Positions 44,805-54,697 of a stretch of 64,000 nucleotides of DNA are shown piece by piece. The DNA comes from Candidatus Harrisonbacteria bacterium (GTDB lineage: Bacteria > Patescibacteriota > Minisyncoccia > UBA6257 > 02-FULL-45-10c). The position numbers were made by a program, and so were the translations under genes. The notes beneath the pieces are model-generated. The model made no database searches. It had not been told where the DNA came from and was given only the letters and a program-made list of their open reading frames with translations. Where the stretch lies: NCBI GenBank assembly GCA_016214655.1, contig JACROC010000002.1, positions 67,801-131,800 of the forward strand, given 5' to 3'. Numbering within the stretch: the first letter of the stretch is position 1; each line of letters starts with the position of its first letter.

Positions 44805-44948
44805 ACCCGGTGCTACAACTGCGATTGCACTTCGCAGAATTTAACATTTTTTAATTAAATAAAACGACTATTAATACTGATTTTTTGCTATTACCAGATA
44901 GCTAAGAGCGAATTGGTTAAATTCCTATCGCAGTTGTAGCTACCGGGC
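44802..44948 (-). promoter_or_regulatory. Long-range inverted repeat (~23 bp with a 1-nt bulge) enclosing ~105 nt of the rpsU leader, with the start codon inside one arm
   Basis: catacccggtgctacaactgcgat (44802-44825) pairs with atcgcagttgtagctaccgggcat (44925-44948). Confidence 0.45.
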
Positions 44949-44974
44949 ATAGGTTATATTAACAAAAATTAATC

Positions 44975-45337
44975 TTATTTATCAAGCCCCGGGTGCGGCA
45001 TTGCATCAATTTCTTCTTTTCTTATCCAACCCCCCAATAAATGCAAATGGAGGTGGTCAATCACCTGTCCGCCTTCGCGGCCGACGTTAAATACCAATTT
45101 ATATCCTTTTAATCCCACTTTTTCCGCTAAAGATTTTGCCACAAAAATAAGCACCGCCACAATGTCATGATGATTGTTGCCCAAGTGCGCGATTGACTGG
45201 ATATGCTCTTTAGGAACCACTAAATAATGAACTGGCGCGGATGGCCGGATATCTTTAAAAGCAATAACGCTATCATCCTCATAGATAACATCAGCCGGAA
45301 TCTCTTTTTGAGTTATTTTGCAAAAGATACATTCCAT
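44975..45337 (-). CDS. HIT (histidine triad) family protein
   Basis: 'VIDHLHLHLLGG'. Confidence 0.8.
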   Translation of the reverse strand: MECIFCKITQKEIPADVIYEDDSVIAFKDIRPSAPVHYLVVPKEHIQSIAHLGNNHHDIVAVLIFVAKSLAEKVGLKGYKLVFNVGREGGQVIDHLHLHLLGGWIRKEEIDAMPHPGLDK

Positions 45338-45344
45338 ACAGATA

Positions 45345-46643
45345 TTATTTAAATCTTTTCTTCACTTCATTAACCACTTTTCTGAGTGGTACGGTTTCCT
45401 GAACGCCATTCTTAAGATCACGGACAATAATTGAATCTTCAAATGCCTCTTTTTGCCCGAAAATCAGCGCGTAATCGGCATTTTCCTTATTCGCCGATCG
45501 CAATTGCGCAGCCAAAGAATCTTTGCCTAGCGATTCTAAAACCGGAATACCGGCATCGCGCAATTCTTCTATTAAAGACAAGCTTTTCTTTTTAGCCACA
45601 TCCCCAATATGGATAAAAAATACCTTTTGCCTGCTGCGCAAACCAAGATTAATTTTAGTCTTTCTCATAACCTCAATTACTCTTTCCATACCAACCGCTC
45701 CCCCGACTCCGGAAGACTGCCTTGAACCAAAAAGTTCCAGCAGATAATCGTATCGGCCGCCGCCAGCCAAAGCAAAATCAAACTTAGTGCCATCTTCAGC
45801 AACCGAATCGGTAAAAAATTCAAATGCAGTCCGGTTATAATAATCCAGACCGCGGACCAGATGATGATCCAGCTGATAAGACAATTTTAATTCTTCCAAA
45901 AATTCCAGCACTCCCTTAAAATGTTTGTTGCAATTGGAACAAAGAGAATCCAAAATCATCGGAGTACTGGCTTTGTATTGCTGGCACTGCTCATTTTTGC
46001 AATCAAGCAGCCGCAATGGATTCTGCTTCATCCTGCGGCGGCAATCCTTACATAATTTAGGAGCCAGATCCCTGTAATAATCCAGTAATTTTTTCCGATA
46101 AACCGGCCGGCAGTTTCTGCAGCCGATACTATTAATATGAAGTGATAGATTTTTTATTTTAAACCGCTCCAGCAAACGATAAATGGCCAGAATCAGCTGC
46201 GCATCGTATACCGGATCGTCATCGCCCCCGATAATCTCAAAACCAGCCTGATGAAATTGCCTGAACCTTCCGGACTGCGGCTGTTCTTTCCGGAACATCG
46301 GACCGATATAAAATAATTTCAACGGCTGACCCAAATGGCTCAATCCATGCTGAACATAAGACCGGACAATGGAAGCGGTTCCCTCCGGACGGAGCGCAAG
46401 TCGGTCTCCAGAGCGGCTTTTAAACACAAACATCTGCTTCTCAACGATGTCCGTGGTTTCGCCGAGAGATTTCTCAAATATTTCCGCGCGCTCTAAAATG
46501 GCAGTGTCAATCCGGCTAAAATTATAATAATCCGCGATATAATCTACTTCTTTTCTGACCTTATCCCACCACATCTGCTCCTGCGGAAGAATATCGTGCA
46601 TTCCTTTCGGGGATTGTAAGTTTTGAATTTTTGATCTAGACAT
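45345..46643 (-). CDS. hisS: Histidine--tRNA ligase
   Basis: 'PKGMHDILP', 'RPEGTASIVR' and 'GGGRYD'. Confidence 0.85.
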   Translation of the reverse strand: MSRSKIQNLQSPKGMHDILPQEQMWWDKVRKEVDYIADYYNFSRIDTAILERAEIFEKSLGETTDIVEKQMFVFKSRSGDRLALRPEGTASIVRSYVQHGLSHLGQPLKLFYIGPMFRKEQPQSGRFRQFHQAGFEIIGGDDDPVYDAQLILAIYRLLERFKIKNLSLHINSIGCRNCRPVYRKKLLDYYRDLAPKLCKDCRRRMKQNPLRLLDCKNEQCQQYKASTPMILDSLCSNCNKHFKGVLEFLEELKLSYQLDHHLVRGLDYYNRTAFEFFTDSVAEDGTKFDFALAGGGRYDYLLELFGSRQSSGVGGAVGMERVIEVMRKTKINLGLRSRQKVFFIHIGDVAKKKSLSLIEELRDAGIPVLESLGKDSLAAQLRSANKENADYALIFGQKEAFEDSIIVRDLKNGVQETVPLRKVVNEVKKRFK

Positions 46644-46672
46644 AAATTTTCTAATCGCTAGTCGCTAACCGC

Positions 46673-47212
46673 TTAATAAGCGAACGCTTGCACCTTTGTA
46701 ATCGGCAACAATCTCAATCTAGCTATTCCGATTATATACTTTTTCGGCAGAGTCCCCCAGCTCCTGGAATCATAGCTGTAATTCCGGTTGTCACCAAGCA
46801 CGAAGTATTCTTCGCCGCTCAAAGCAGTGGAAAGATTTCCGGAGGTCTTCAGGCCAACCGGCAAATACTCTTCCTCCAAAAGCATTCCGTTTAGGTTTTC
46901 ATTGTCTGCAATATATACGGATCCTTTTTTAATTTCAACTTTTTCTCCGGGCAAACCAACAATCCTCTTAATATAATAAGTCGAGGGATTATCCGGATAT
47001 TTAAAAACAATCACTTCTCCGCGCTTCGGTTCACGCAGCCGATAAGTGATTTCATCAATAATCAGATAATTGCCCGTGCCAAAGGTCGGCTCCATACTTG
47101 CGCCACTGACTAAAAACGGCTGGATCAAAAAAGAACGGATTAAAAATACCGTTACTACGGCCACCACCACAACCTCTAAAACTTCCCAAACCGCTAGAAA
47201 AAAAGACTTCAT
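46673..47212 (-). CDS. lepB: Signal peptidase I
   Basis: 'VSGASMEPTF' and 'YIKRIVGLPGE'. Confidence 0.85.
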   Translation of the reverse strand: MKSFFLAVWEVLEVVVVAVVTVFLIRSFLIQPFLVSGASMEPTFGTGNYLIIDEITYRLREPKRGEVIVFKYPDNPSTYYIKRIVGLPGEKVEIKKGSVYIADNENLNGMLLEEEYLPVGLKTSGNLSTALSGEEYFVLGDNRNYSYDSRSWGTLPKKYIIGIARLRLLPITKVQAFAY

Positions 47213-47246
47213 GGCTGAATAGGTAAAATTTTACTATAATAAAAGC

Positions 47247-47732
47247 GTGAATACAAGCAAGCCAAAATTTAAACTTATTATAGGCCTGGGCAATCCGGAT
47301 CCGGAATATCAAAACACCTACCATAATGTTGGTCACCTATTCGCCGACTTCTTAGAGAGCCAGGCATCGAACGTCAGATGTCGGGTGTTAAAATCAGATG
47401 TCTACATGAACGAGTCCGGGACCTTTGTAAAAAAAGCACTGAAAAAATATAGGACAAAACCGGAAGAGTTGCTGATAGTCCACGACGACAGTGATATCAC
47501 TCTCGGCAATAATAAATTGGCGTTCGGCCGAGGCGCTGCCGGCCACCACGGCATAGAAAATATTATGGCGACGCTTAAAACGAATAATTTTTGGCGGATC
47601 CGCATCGGCATCCGCCCAGCCAAAGAAAAAATCCGCCAAAAAGCGGAAAAATTCGTACTTAAAAAAATAACAACCGCGGATAAAAAAATCCTTGAATCGG
47701 TGTTTCAAAAGGCCGCCGAAGCTACAGCTTAA
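47247..47732 (+). CDS. pth: Peptidyl-tRNA hydrolase
   Basis: 'LIIGLGNPDPEYQNTYHNVGH'. Confidence 0.85.
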   Translation: MNTSKPKFKLIIGLGNPDPEYQNTYHNVGHLFADFLESQASNVRCRVLKSDVYMNESGTFVKKALKKYRTKPEELLIVHDDSDITLGNNKLAFGRGAAGHHGIENIMATLKTNNFWRIRIGIRPAKEKIRQKAEKFVLKKITTADKKILESVFQKAAEATA

Positions 47733-49230
47733 AAGTAAGTGTAAACGAAACCGTCTTATCCGGATTTACAACTATATTAGAAAGCGGGAGAGAAACATTT
47801 TTAAACCCGCCCTGAAACAACGTATTTTTAAAATTAACCGCCGCAGATTGGTCGGCGGCTTTGCCGGTTAGAAGAGCAGAAGATTGCGAAGAATCAAGCA
47901 GGATTCTTGTTATATTAACGTCATTTTTGAGCGAAGCATTGACGCGAGTCAGCGTCGCTGACAATTCACTTTTTTGGCCGCGCGCAGCAAATATCTTATC
48001 TAACAATTGGTTGAATGCTTTCGCCTGTTCCTGCAAAGCCAATACCTCATTTCCAGCCGGACTTTTAACAATCTCCTGAAGCTGAAGCACCAACTTATCC
48101 GAAGCTTGAGAAAGGATAGTGTCCACCAAGATAAAAAGCAGGATTATAAAACCAAGAGTAGCCGCGATTATATTACGCCAAGATTTAACAAAAAACATTA
48201 TTTGCGATTGCCGATAATCTTCTTCCGTTCCTGTCGCCATCAGACTGATTAAAATATCTTCCGCCCTGGACATTCTGCCGCGCAGCATGCTTCCTAAAAC
48301 GCCGAACCAAGACGGAGGTAAATCGGTAAATTTATTCAGCTTCAGTTCAATAACGTCAAATTGAAAATTTTCATTGATGAAATTTTTGATTTCCGTGTTT
48401 AGGGCCTGAGTAACTAAAATTAATTTTTCCAGCCTCCCCTCCCAATGACTGCCATAAAATGCATAAACTTTCTTGATCTCTCGGATAATAGTTTCTTTAA
48501 AATCGGAAAATAGTATTTCTCTGCCCGATCTGCCTTCATCCTGAATCAGCTTCCAGGGAGTAAAATAATCAAAATACAAATTCCCATGCCGCAGCACCAT
48601 AAAATCGATTCCGTCACTGGAAACATTAAGAACCACTTGCGGCTTTTCAATATCCACCCCGGCAGCGAATTCCTTGATGCTACGCGCCAGGGCCAAAGCC
48701 GGAAACTCCACCGCTACAGGAACAAACCCGGCCTCAACTAAAGAACCGATATACTCATTAATAACCATAGAATTGGCAAAAGCACCCAATATTTCCAAGC
48801 GGCCATCTTGCTCCCTGACCCCGATTTTTTCCCAATCCGCATAGCTCAAATTAAGATCAATTGGAGAAATGCCGACCAAATTCAATTTAGCGGCATCGGC
48901 CAGATTCCCATCCGCCAAAGGCGGTAAATTAAAAACCTGCGTATAAACATTAATGGAAGGGACCAGTAAAATAACTGGAGTTTTTTCCTTTGGTAAAGAA
49001 AATTGCTGATGAAGCCTTTTTAGATTTTCTGCCAGTTTTTCTTTATCTTTAATCCTGCCATTCTCAATAATGCCCGGCTCCAAAATAACCGCGGATTTTT
49101 TCAAACTACCGTCATTCTGCAGCTGGCAAATCCTGATAGCCACATCTTTAATCTCAAGCCCGGCAATCGGCCGCTCATTCTTAAAAAATTTCTTGAGTGC
49201 AAGAGAAGATTTTTCCGGCAATAATTTCAT
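47722..49230 (-). CDS. pilM: Type IV pilus assembly protein PilM with a C-terminal PilN-like TM segment (fusion)
   Basis: Actin-like N-domain 'IAGLEIKDVAIRICQL'. C-terminal TM 'IIAATLGFIILLFILV'. Confidence 0.65.
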   Translation of the reverse strand: MKLLPEKSSLALKKFFKNERPIAGLEIKDVAIRICQLQNDGSLKKSAVILEPGIIENGRIKDKEKLAENLKRLHQQFSLPKEKTPVILLVPSINVYTQVFNLPPLADGNLADAAKLNLVGISPIDLNLSYADWEKIGVREQDGRLEILGAFANSMVINEYIGSLVEAGFVPVAVEFPALALARSIKEFAAGVDIEKPQVVLNVSSDGIDFMVLRHGNLYFDYFTPWKLIQDEGRSGREILFSDFKETIIREIKKVYAFYGSHWEGRLEKLILVTQALNTEIKNFINENFQFDVIELKLNKFTDLPPSWFGVLGSMLRGRMSRAEDILISLMATGTEEDYRQSQIMFFVKSWRNIIAATLGFIILLFILVDTILSQASDKLVLQLQEIVKSPAGNEVLALQEQAKAFNQLLDKIFAARGQKSELSATLTRVNASLKNDVNITRILLDSSQSSALLTGKAADQSAAVNFKNTLFQGGFKNVSLPLSNIVVNPDKTVSFTLTFKL

Positions 49231-49260
49231 TACTCTAATTATAACCTATCTTTAAGCGCC

Positions 49261-49728
49261 CTATAATTCTACCTCCTTTAATGATTGCAGCCGCGCCTCT
49301 CCCGTAGCCGAATCGACGGAAACTATTGCTTCAAGTTTCCGGCTTCTATTTTCCGCCGTTCCGACAGCCGTAATTTTATGTTTCCCATCTCCAACGCAAA
49401 TCGGTTCGGGCAAATCCTTACAAACAGAAACTTCGACCGAATAATTGCCGACCGGCAAAGTATATGATGAAGAGGTAAAATTTTTGTCCCTGACAACCCT
49501 TATTAAAGCATCCTGAATTCCGGATCTGGCAGCAAAAAGCGCCCTCGAACCCAATCTTATCCCGAATTCCGAACTCACCAAAAGATAAGAACTCAGTGTG
49601 GCGGCAATCATAATTTCCATAATTAACCCCCCCAACAAAAGAACGGTTGGCAAAGCGGCCACCCCATGAAAACATTTAACATTTAACTTTTGACACTTAG
49701 CCATATGTATTAATTTTACGGGCTCCAA
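49261..49728 (-). CDS. Pseudopilin-like protein (minor pilin)
   Basis: Prepilin-like 'LGG|LIMEIMIAATL' with a Glu at position +5. Confidence 0.5.
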   Translation of the reverse strand: MEPVKLIHMAKCQKLNVKCFHGVAALPTVLLLGGLIMEIMIAATLSSYLLVSSEFGIRLGSRALFAARSGIQDALIRVVRDKNFTSSSYTLPVGNYSVEVSVCKDLPEPICVGDGKHKITAVGTAENRSRKLEAIVSVDSATGEARLQSLKEVEL

Positions 49729-50684
49729 TTTAAAATTACGTCATCGACTCGCGGCGATAAAATACCAGCTCCATCGGGTTCCAAAATAATTTTATAGCGT
49801 AAATACCGCTTATTATCGTGATCTGCTTGGCGCACCGCAATCTGAACACTAGGTCCGGCCGGAACATAAAAACTCGAAGAAGAACCATCAGAACCAAGGT
49901 AATCCCAAGGCCCGGATGCGCTATTAGAAGAAGCAATTTGAAATTTTACGTTGGTTCCGGCAGGTTTTTCTCCCTGCCATATTACAGTATTTAACCTCGC
50001 GCCAACAGCAATAGCGGTATCAAAAATACTAGAAATTAACTCGCCTTGATTTGGAACAGCCGCCAGCAACGAGGTGGAAGCGCTAATAAAAGCCGAAGAA
50101 AAAAATTTAGTATTCGGCTCGCCGTATGGGCCGCTGTATCCGCTGCCGCCGGACCAGTCGGTTTGCTGGAATGAACTGTTCCGCCATCGGGTTAAATATA
50201 AAACTCCATAAGCTGTTGAGGTAGCGCCGCCAACGGGAAAGCTGACAACTATGGTTGCCTTTTGAGTCGATGAATCATCATTGGCGAAATTATAGCTGGC
50301 CTCAATATTACCGGTTGCATCGCGTGAAACATTTTCAATATAAAAATAGCGGCTGAAATTGATATTATTGACATTAATCAGTTCTTCCCCGGTTTGAACG
50401 ACTATCCCATTGGCGGAAGTCGCCAAATAATATCTATTTTCACCGCCTTCCGCCAAGTTATAAATTCCTTGCCAGCCGGATTCAGTAAATGCAGTTAAAT
50501 TATCCGATAAGCCGTTAGCCAGCGACGAAGCGAGCCGATTTTTCTGAGAAAGCTCGCCGGAGCGCAAGATTATAAAAAGCGCGCCAGAAGCGGTTCCGAT
50601 CATTAGAACTCCTACACCCAAGGCAACTAAAATCTCAATAAGTGCCTGGCCGCTATTTCGCATAGTCGATGACCCCATTAGCAT
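49716..50684 (-). CDS. Pseudopilin / minor pilin
   Basis: 'NSG|QALIEILVALGVGVLMIG' class III signal. Confidence 0.6.
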   Translation of the reverse strand: MLMGSSTMRNSGQALIEILVALGVGVLMIGTASGALFIILRSGELSQKNRLASSLANGLSDNLTAFTESGWQGIYNLAEGGENRYYLATSANGIVVQTGEELINVNNINFSRYFYIENVSRDATGNIEASYNFANDDSSTQKATIVVSFPVGGATSTAYGVLYLTRWRNSSFQQTDWSGGSGYSGPYGEPNTKFFSSAFISASTSLLAAVPNQGELISSIFDTAIAVGARLNTVIWQGEKPAGTNVKFQIASSNSASGPWDYLGSDGSSSSFYVPAGPSVQIAVRQADHDNKRYLRYKIILEPDGAGILSPRVDDVILNWSP

Positions 50685-51114
50685 TTATATTAATCGTAAA
50701 AAAACTGCTCTCGTTGCCGCTTAAAGCAAGCTTAACCACCGCCGGCGAAGTAGCGCCGCTGACTTTAGAAAAAATAATATCCTTTGTAGTTCCTTCGGCC
50801 GGATCCGAAAATTTTAAGCTTAAAGGCAAAAATATTTTATTTTGGACAGAGCCGGTAGCATAATCATTTCCGCTGAAAATGGAATATGAATCATTATCGT
50901 TGACTGCGGCGTCAAAATGGACCCCCCACTTGCTGGATGCTTGCTGGGATATAGCCCTCGATTGCGCATCGCGCAAATAAGCGACCAAATTCTCAGTTGC
51001 CAGCTCTAGCTCTCTTTGGCTGCGGAAACCGGCAAGATTTAAAACAACAATACTCCCAATAATAACCAAAAGTCCGATAGAAATTATAAGTTCTAGTAAA
51101 GTGAAACCCCTCAT
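50653..51114 (-). CDS. Pseudopilin (prepilin-type N-terminal cleavage/methylation domain; GspH-like)
   Basis: 'MRG|FTLLELIISIGLLVIIG'. Confidence 0.7.
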   Translation of the reverse strand: MRGFTLLELIISIGLLVIIGSIVVLNLAGFRSQRELELATENLVAYLRDAQSRAISQQASSKWGVHFDAAVNDNDSYSIFSGNDYATGSVQNKIFLPLSLKFSDPAEGTTKDIIFSKVSGATSPAVVKLALSGNESSFFTININANGVIDYAK

Positions 51115-51115
51115 T

Positions 51116-52324
51116 TTAAATTCCCCCTACCAGCTGATAAATCGGCACCACCACGGCCAAGGCGATTGATCCGATTAAAACGCCGATAAAAAGAAGCATG
51201 ATCGGTTCAATAAATGCAACCATAGTCTTAACGGCATTATCCACCTCCGTTTCATAAAAACCGGAGAGGGTTTTGAGAATTTCGTCCAGGTGCCCGGCCT
51301 TTTCCGAAACAGAAATTAGATTAATTACTACCAGCGGAAAAACTGCTTCCCGGCGAAAGGCATCTCCGATGGTAAGACCCTTAGCAATACCTTCGCGGGC
51401 GATATGCCTTAAGCTCGATTTAAATTTTTCCGAGCCAACCGCATCGGCAGTGATTTCCAAAGAATCAATAATCGGCATGCCAGCTCTTAATAAAGAAGCG
51501 AGAGTGGCAGCAAAACGCTGGAGCGCCAGCTGATCAATAACCGTACTAATCAGCGGCAAATGAGATGCCAGCAGAGAGAGCAACTTCTTACCAACAGGGA
51601 CTGCCAGCAGAAAATAAGCAACACCCACGACCGCAATGCCTCCTAAGGGAAAAATAATCAGCGCATTCTTGCTCAAAAATAACCCGATGCCAAAAACTAT
51701 CCTGGAAAAAAGCGGGGGCTGCACGCCGGTGGATAAAAATACATTAGCGATTTTCGGCAAAGCAAAAGTCACCAAAAGCAGGAGCATTAAGAGCGACATA
51801 ACCAGCAGAATAATTGGGTAAATCAACGCCGACTTGATTTTACTCTTCAACTCCCTCTCCTTTTCCAAGGAAACACTTAAGTTGTCCAGAACCGCGGTCA
51901 GATTTCCGGACGCTTCCCCGGCCTTAACGAGATTCACAAAAACTGAAGAAAAAAAATTGGGGTATTTGGCAAAGGTAATGTAAAATGGGTTCCCTTTTTC
52001 CAGATTATTCTTAATTTCGGTCAGCAGAGCTTTCAACACCGGCTTATCCAGATCGTTAATTAAAATATCAATTGCTCTAAAAAGATCGGTGCCGGCTCTC
52101 AGCATTAAAGAAAGATACCTGGTCAAAAATACTTTGTCAGAAATAGTGACCTTCTGCCCAAAGAATTTTACCCCGCTAAAATCGATGGTGCTTACCGCTT
52201 TGACGGAAACCGGCTTCAAACTCCGGCCAGCCAATATTTGAGCAACCTCACCGGATGCCTGCGCGACCATTTCTCCTTCCACGATCTTACCGTCAGGTTG
52301 TGTTGCAATGTATTTAAATTTCAT
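51116..52324 (-). CDS. pilC: Type IV pilus / type II secretion platform protein (GspF/PilC family)
   Basis: Two GspF repeats and polytopic helices. It follows pilB. Confidence 0.8.
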   Translation of the reverse strand: MKFKYIATQPDGKIVEGEMVAQASGEVAQILAGRSLKPVSVKAVSTIDFSGVKFFGQKVTISDKVFLTRYLSLMLRAGTDLFRAIDILINDLDKPVLKALLTEIKNNLEKGNPFYITFAKYPNFFSSVFVNLVKAGEASGNLTAVLDNLSVSLEKERELKSKIKSALIYPIILLVMSLLMLLLLVTFALPKIANVFLSTGVQPPLFSRIVFGIGLFLSKNALIIFPLGGIAVVGVAYFLLAVPVGKKLLSLLASHLPLISTVIDQLALQRFAATLASLLRAGMPIIDSLEITADAVGSEKFKSSLRHIAREGIAKGLTIGDAFRREAVFPLVVINLISVSEKAGHLDEILKTLSGFYETEVDNAVKTMVAFIEPIMLLFIGVLIGSIALAVVVPIYQLVGGI

Positions 52325-52325
52325 T

Positions 52326-54029
52326 TTATTCTCTTATAACCCTAAGTACTTCTTCCACCGTAGTCATTCCCTGCATGGCTTTTCTCAAGCCATCTTCAAA
52401 CATAGTAATCATCCCTCTTTTACGTGCCAATTTTCTAAGTCCATCAAGAGAAAAATCCGGATTAATAATATAAGCCCGGATCTCATCGTCAACGTTCAAT
52501 ACTTCGTAGATTCCAATTCTGCCTTTCAAGCCGCTGTGGCCGCAACTCTTGCATCCCTTACCGCGAAAAAGAGTTTTTGGCAGTTTCAAGCTTTCGATGC
52601 CTAAATCCTCGATCTGTTTTTTAATTAATTGTAGCAAATAATCGGTCGGCTTATAAGATTCTATGCAATCGTTACAAATTTTACCCACCAAACGCTGGGC
52701 AAAAGCCATATTTAGAACCGCCGAAACTAAAAAAGGCGGAATTTTCAAATCGGTTAATCTCGGAATAGCCGTCGGCGCATCATTGGTGTGCAAAGTAGAT
52801 AAAAGCAAATGACCCGTCAAAGCGGCATTGACGGAAATTTCTGCCGTTTCCGGATCCCTGATTTCACCGACTAGAATAATATTCGGATCTTGCCTCAAAA
52901 GCGCCCGCAATCCGCTGGAAAATGTAATTCCGGCCTGGGGATTAATCTGAGTCTGATTAACATATTTAATATTGTATTCCACCGGATCTTCAATTGTCAC
53001 GATATTCACCTCGGGATGATTTAAACCATTAAGAATGGAGTAAAGTGTAGTGGTTTTTCCGGATCCGGTTGGTCCGCAAATTAAAACCATTCCGTAAGTT
53101 TTGTGTATATTCTCTTCTACGATTTTAATCGTATCCGGAAGCATGCCCAATTCCACGAAAGATAACGGGCGCTGAGCAGCGGTTAACAAGCGCATCTCCA
53201 CCTTCTCGCCGTAAAAAGTGGGGATAACTGAAACACGGAGGTCAATAAAATTCTGTTCTAATTTCTGGCGGAAACGGCCGTCTTGCGGGCGAGTATGCTC
53301 ATCCAATTTTAAACTTGCTAGAAGTTTAATGCGGGCGGTAATCGCTGAATGGACTTCTTTGGGTAATCTCATCATTTCCCTAAGTATTCCATCAATACGG
53401 TAACGGACTAAAAGAATATCTTCTAAAACTTCTAAATGAATATCCGAAGCCCTTAAAGAAGCCGCATAAGCAAGGAGATTATCTACGATGGCAACAATCG
53501 GCAGTTCCTCCGCCGCCTTCTCCGCGCCTGCAGCGCTGGCACGAATAGAAGCAGCCACATTTTCTTCAATTGCCCAACGAAAATCCTCTACCCCGCCGCG
53601 AGAATATACTGAGAAGGCTTCATTGAAATCCTCAGGTGAAGCAATGTAGGGTCTAATATCGGCTTTTAAATATCGCTTTAAAAATTCAATTGAAGCTAAG
53701 TCGCTGGGATCTTCCATAGCCACCGCCAAAGAACCATCTTCTTCTTTCCTAAAAACAACCGCGCGCTTCTCGCGAGAAATCTCCTTTGGCAAAAGATGAA
53801 GTATCTTCTCGTCAATTACCTGGGAAGATAAACTGGCTTTCTTAACCCCAAAATAAGCCGCGACCAAATCATAAAAATATTTCTTAGTAATAAAGCCGCG
53901 GGATACTAAAATATCAGCCACCTCAAAACCCATCCGGCCAGCCTCTACGACGATTTTATCAAACTCCTCCGCATCAATCAGTTTTTCCGTTATTAACAGC
54001 TCTTTTAATTTTTCATTAGGGATTCTCAA
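52326..54029 (-). CDS. pilB: Type IV pilus assembly ATPase (GspE/PilB family)
   Basis: Walker A 'GPTGSGKTTTL', His box, and a tetracysteine 'CNDC...CKSC'. Confidence 0.85.
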   Translation of the reverse strand: MRIPNEKLKELLITEKLIDAEEFDKIVVEAGRMGFEVADILVSRGFITKKYFYDLVAAYFGVKKASLSSQVIDEKILHLLPKEISREKRAVVFRKEEDGSLAVAMEDPSDLASIEFLKRYLKADIRPYIASPEDFNEAFSVYSRGGVEDFRWAIEENVAASIRASAAGAEKAAEELPIVAIVDNLLAYAASLRASDIHLEVLEDILLVRYRIDGILREMMRLPKEVHSAITARIKLLASLKLDEHTRPQDGRFRQKLEQNFIDLRVSVIPTFYGEKVEMRLLTAAQRPLSFVELGMLPDTIKIVEENIHKTYGMVLICGPTGSGKTTTLYSILNGLNHPEVNIVTIEDPVEYNIKYVNQTQINPQAGITFSSGLRALLRQDPNIILVGEIRDPETAEISVNAALTGHLLLSTLHTNDAPTAIPRLTDLKIPPFLVSAVLNMAFAQRLVGKICNDCIESYKPTDYLLQLIKKQIEDLGIESLKLPKTLFRGKGCKSCGHSGLKGRIGIYEVLNVDDEIRAYIINPDFSLDGLRKLARKRGMITMFEDGLRKAMQGMTTVEEVLRVIRE

Positions 54030-54103
54030 TTCATTTGAGGGTTTAGGGTTCAGGGGTTAGGGGTTAGAAAAATTTCTATACCCTATACCCTATGCCCTAT
54101 ACC
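54030..54103. repeat. Telomere-like G-tract repeats (GGGTTTA GGGTTCA GGGGTTA GGGGTTAG) followed by complementary C-tract repeats (ATACCC TATACCC TATGCCC TATACCC)
   Basis: Read directly. Four G-tracts on each strand satisfy a G3+N1-7 quadruplex pattern. The two halves form an imperfect inverted repeat. Confidence 0.8.
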
Positions 54104-54694
54104 CTACAATTTTAGTAATTGCCACCATGGCAACACGCTTAGCCACTTACTTATTATTATAGTCAAAAACGCGGTCGGCAGCCAAAGATAATAAAAAGAA
54201 AGACGCTCGCTTTTAACAAATGATAAATGACTACTGACAAATGACAAAATAAGAGCCGAAATCAAAAGCACAAATAAATAAACAAGCCAGGCAGGATGGC
54301 CAACTGAAAAAATCGCGGTCGCCAGCAAATATGGTTCTATCAGTTCAAAAAACCTTTCTCCAAATCTTTTATTTAAATATCTGGTTGCCGCTAAAAAAAT
54401 AATTCCTACAATCAATGACAATAAATATTGGTTAAAAAATCTGGTTCTGATAAAAAACACAAAATAATCTAAATTCCGGTATGGAGGAAGAAAGAATTTT
54501 CCGATTTCATTCCCTTGCCACAACTTATATTGAGCCCAAGAATAATAGCCCGCTAATCCGAAAATTATGATTGCAGCCGAAATAAAGATTGTTAAACCGA
54601 AAAACCCGCTCCTATAAAAATCAGAGCGGGTTTTTCTGGATATCAGCTGAACAGAAAAAATTATAACAAGAAACCCAAGAATAATTATGTCCAT
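54104..54694 (-). CDS. Hypothetical polytopic membrane protein
   Basis: 5-6 TM helices. No prepilin-peptidase motifs were seen. Confidence 0.5.
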   Translation of the reverse strand: MDIIILGFLVIIFSVQLISRKTRSDFYRSGFFGLTIFISAAIIIFGLAGYYSWAQYKLWQGNEIGKFFLPPYRNLDYFVFFIRTRFFNQYLLSLIVGIIFLAATRYLNKRFGERFFELIEPYLLATAIFSVGHPAWLVYLFVLLISALILSFVSSHLSFVKSERLSFYYLWLPTAFLTIIISKWLSVLPWWQLLKL

Positions 54695-54697
54695 TAC

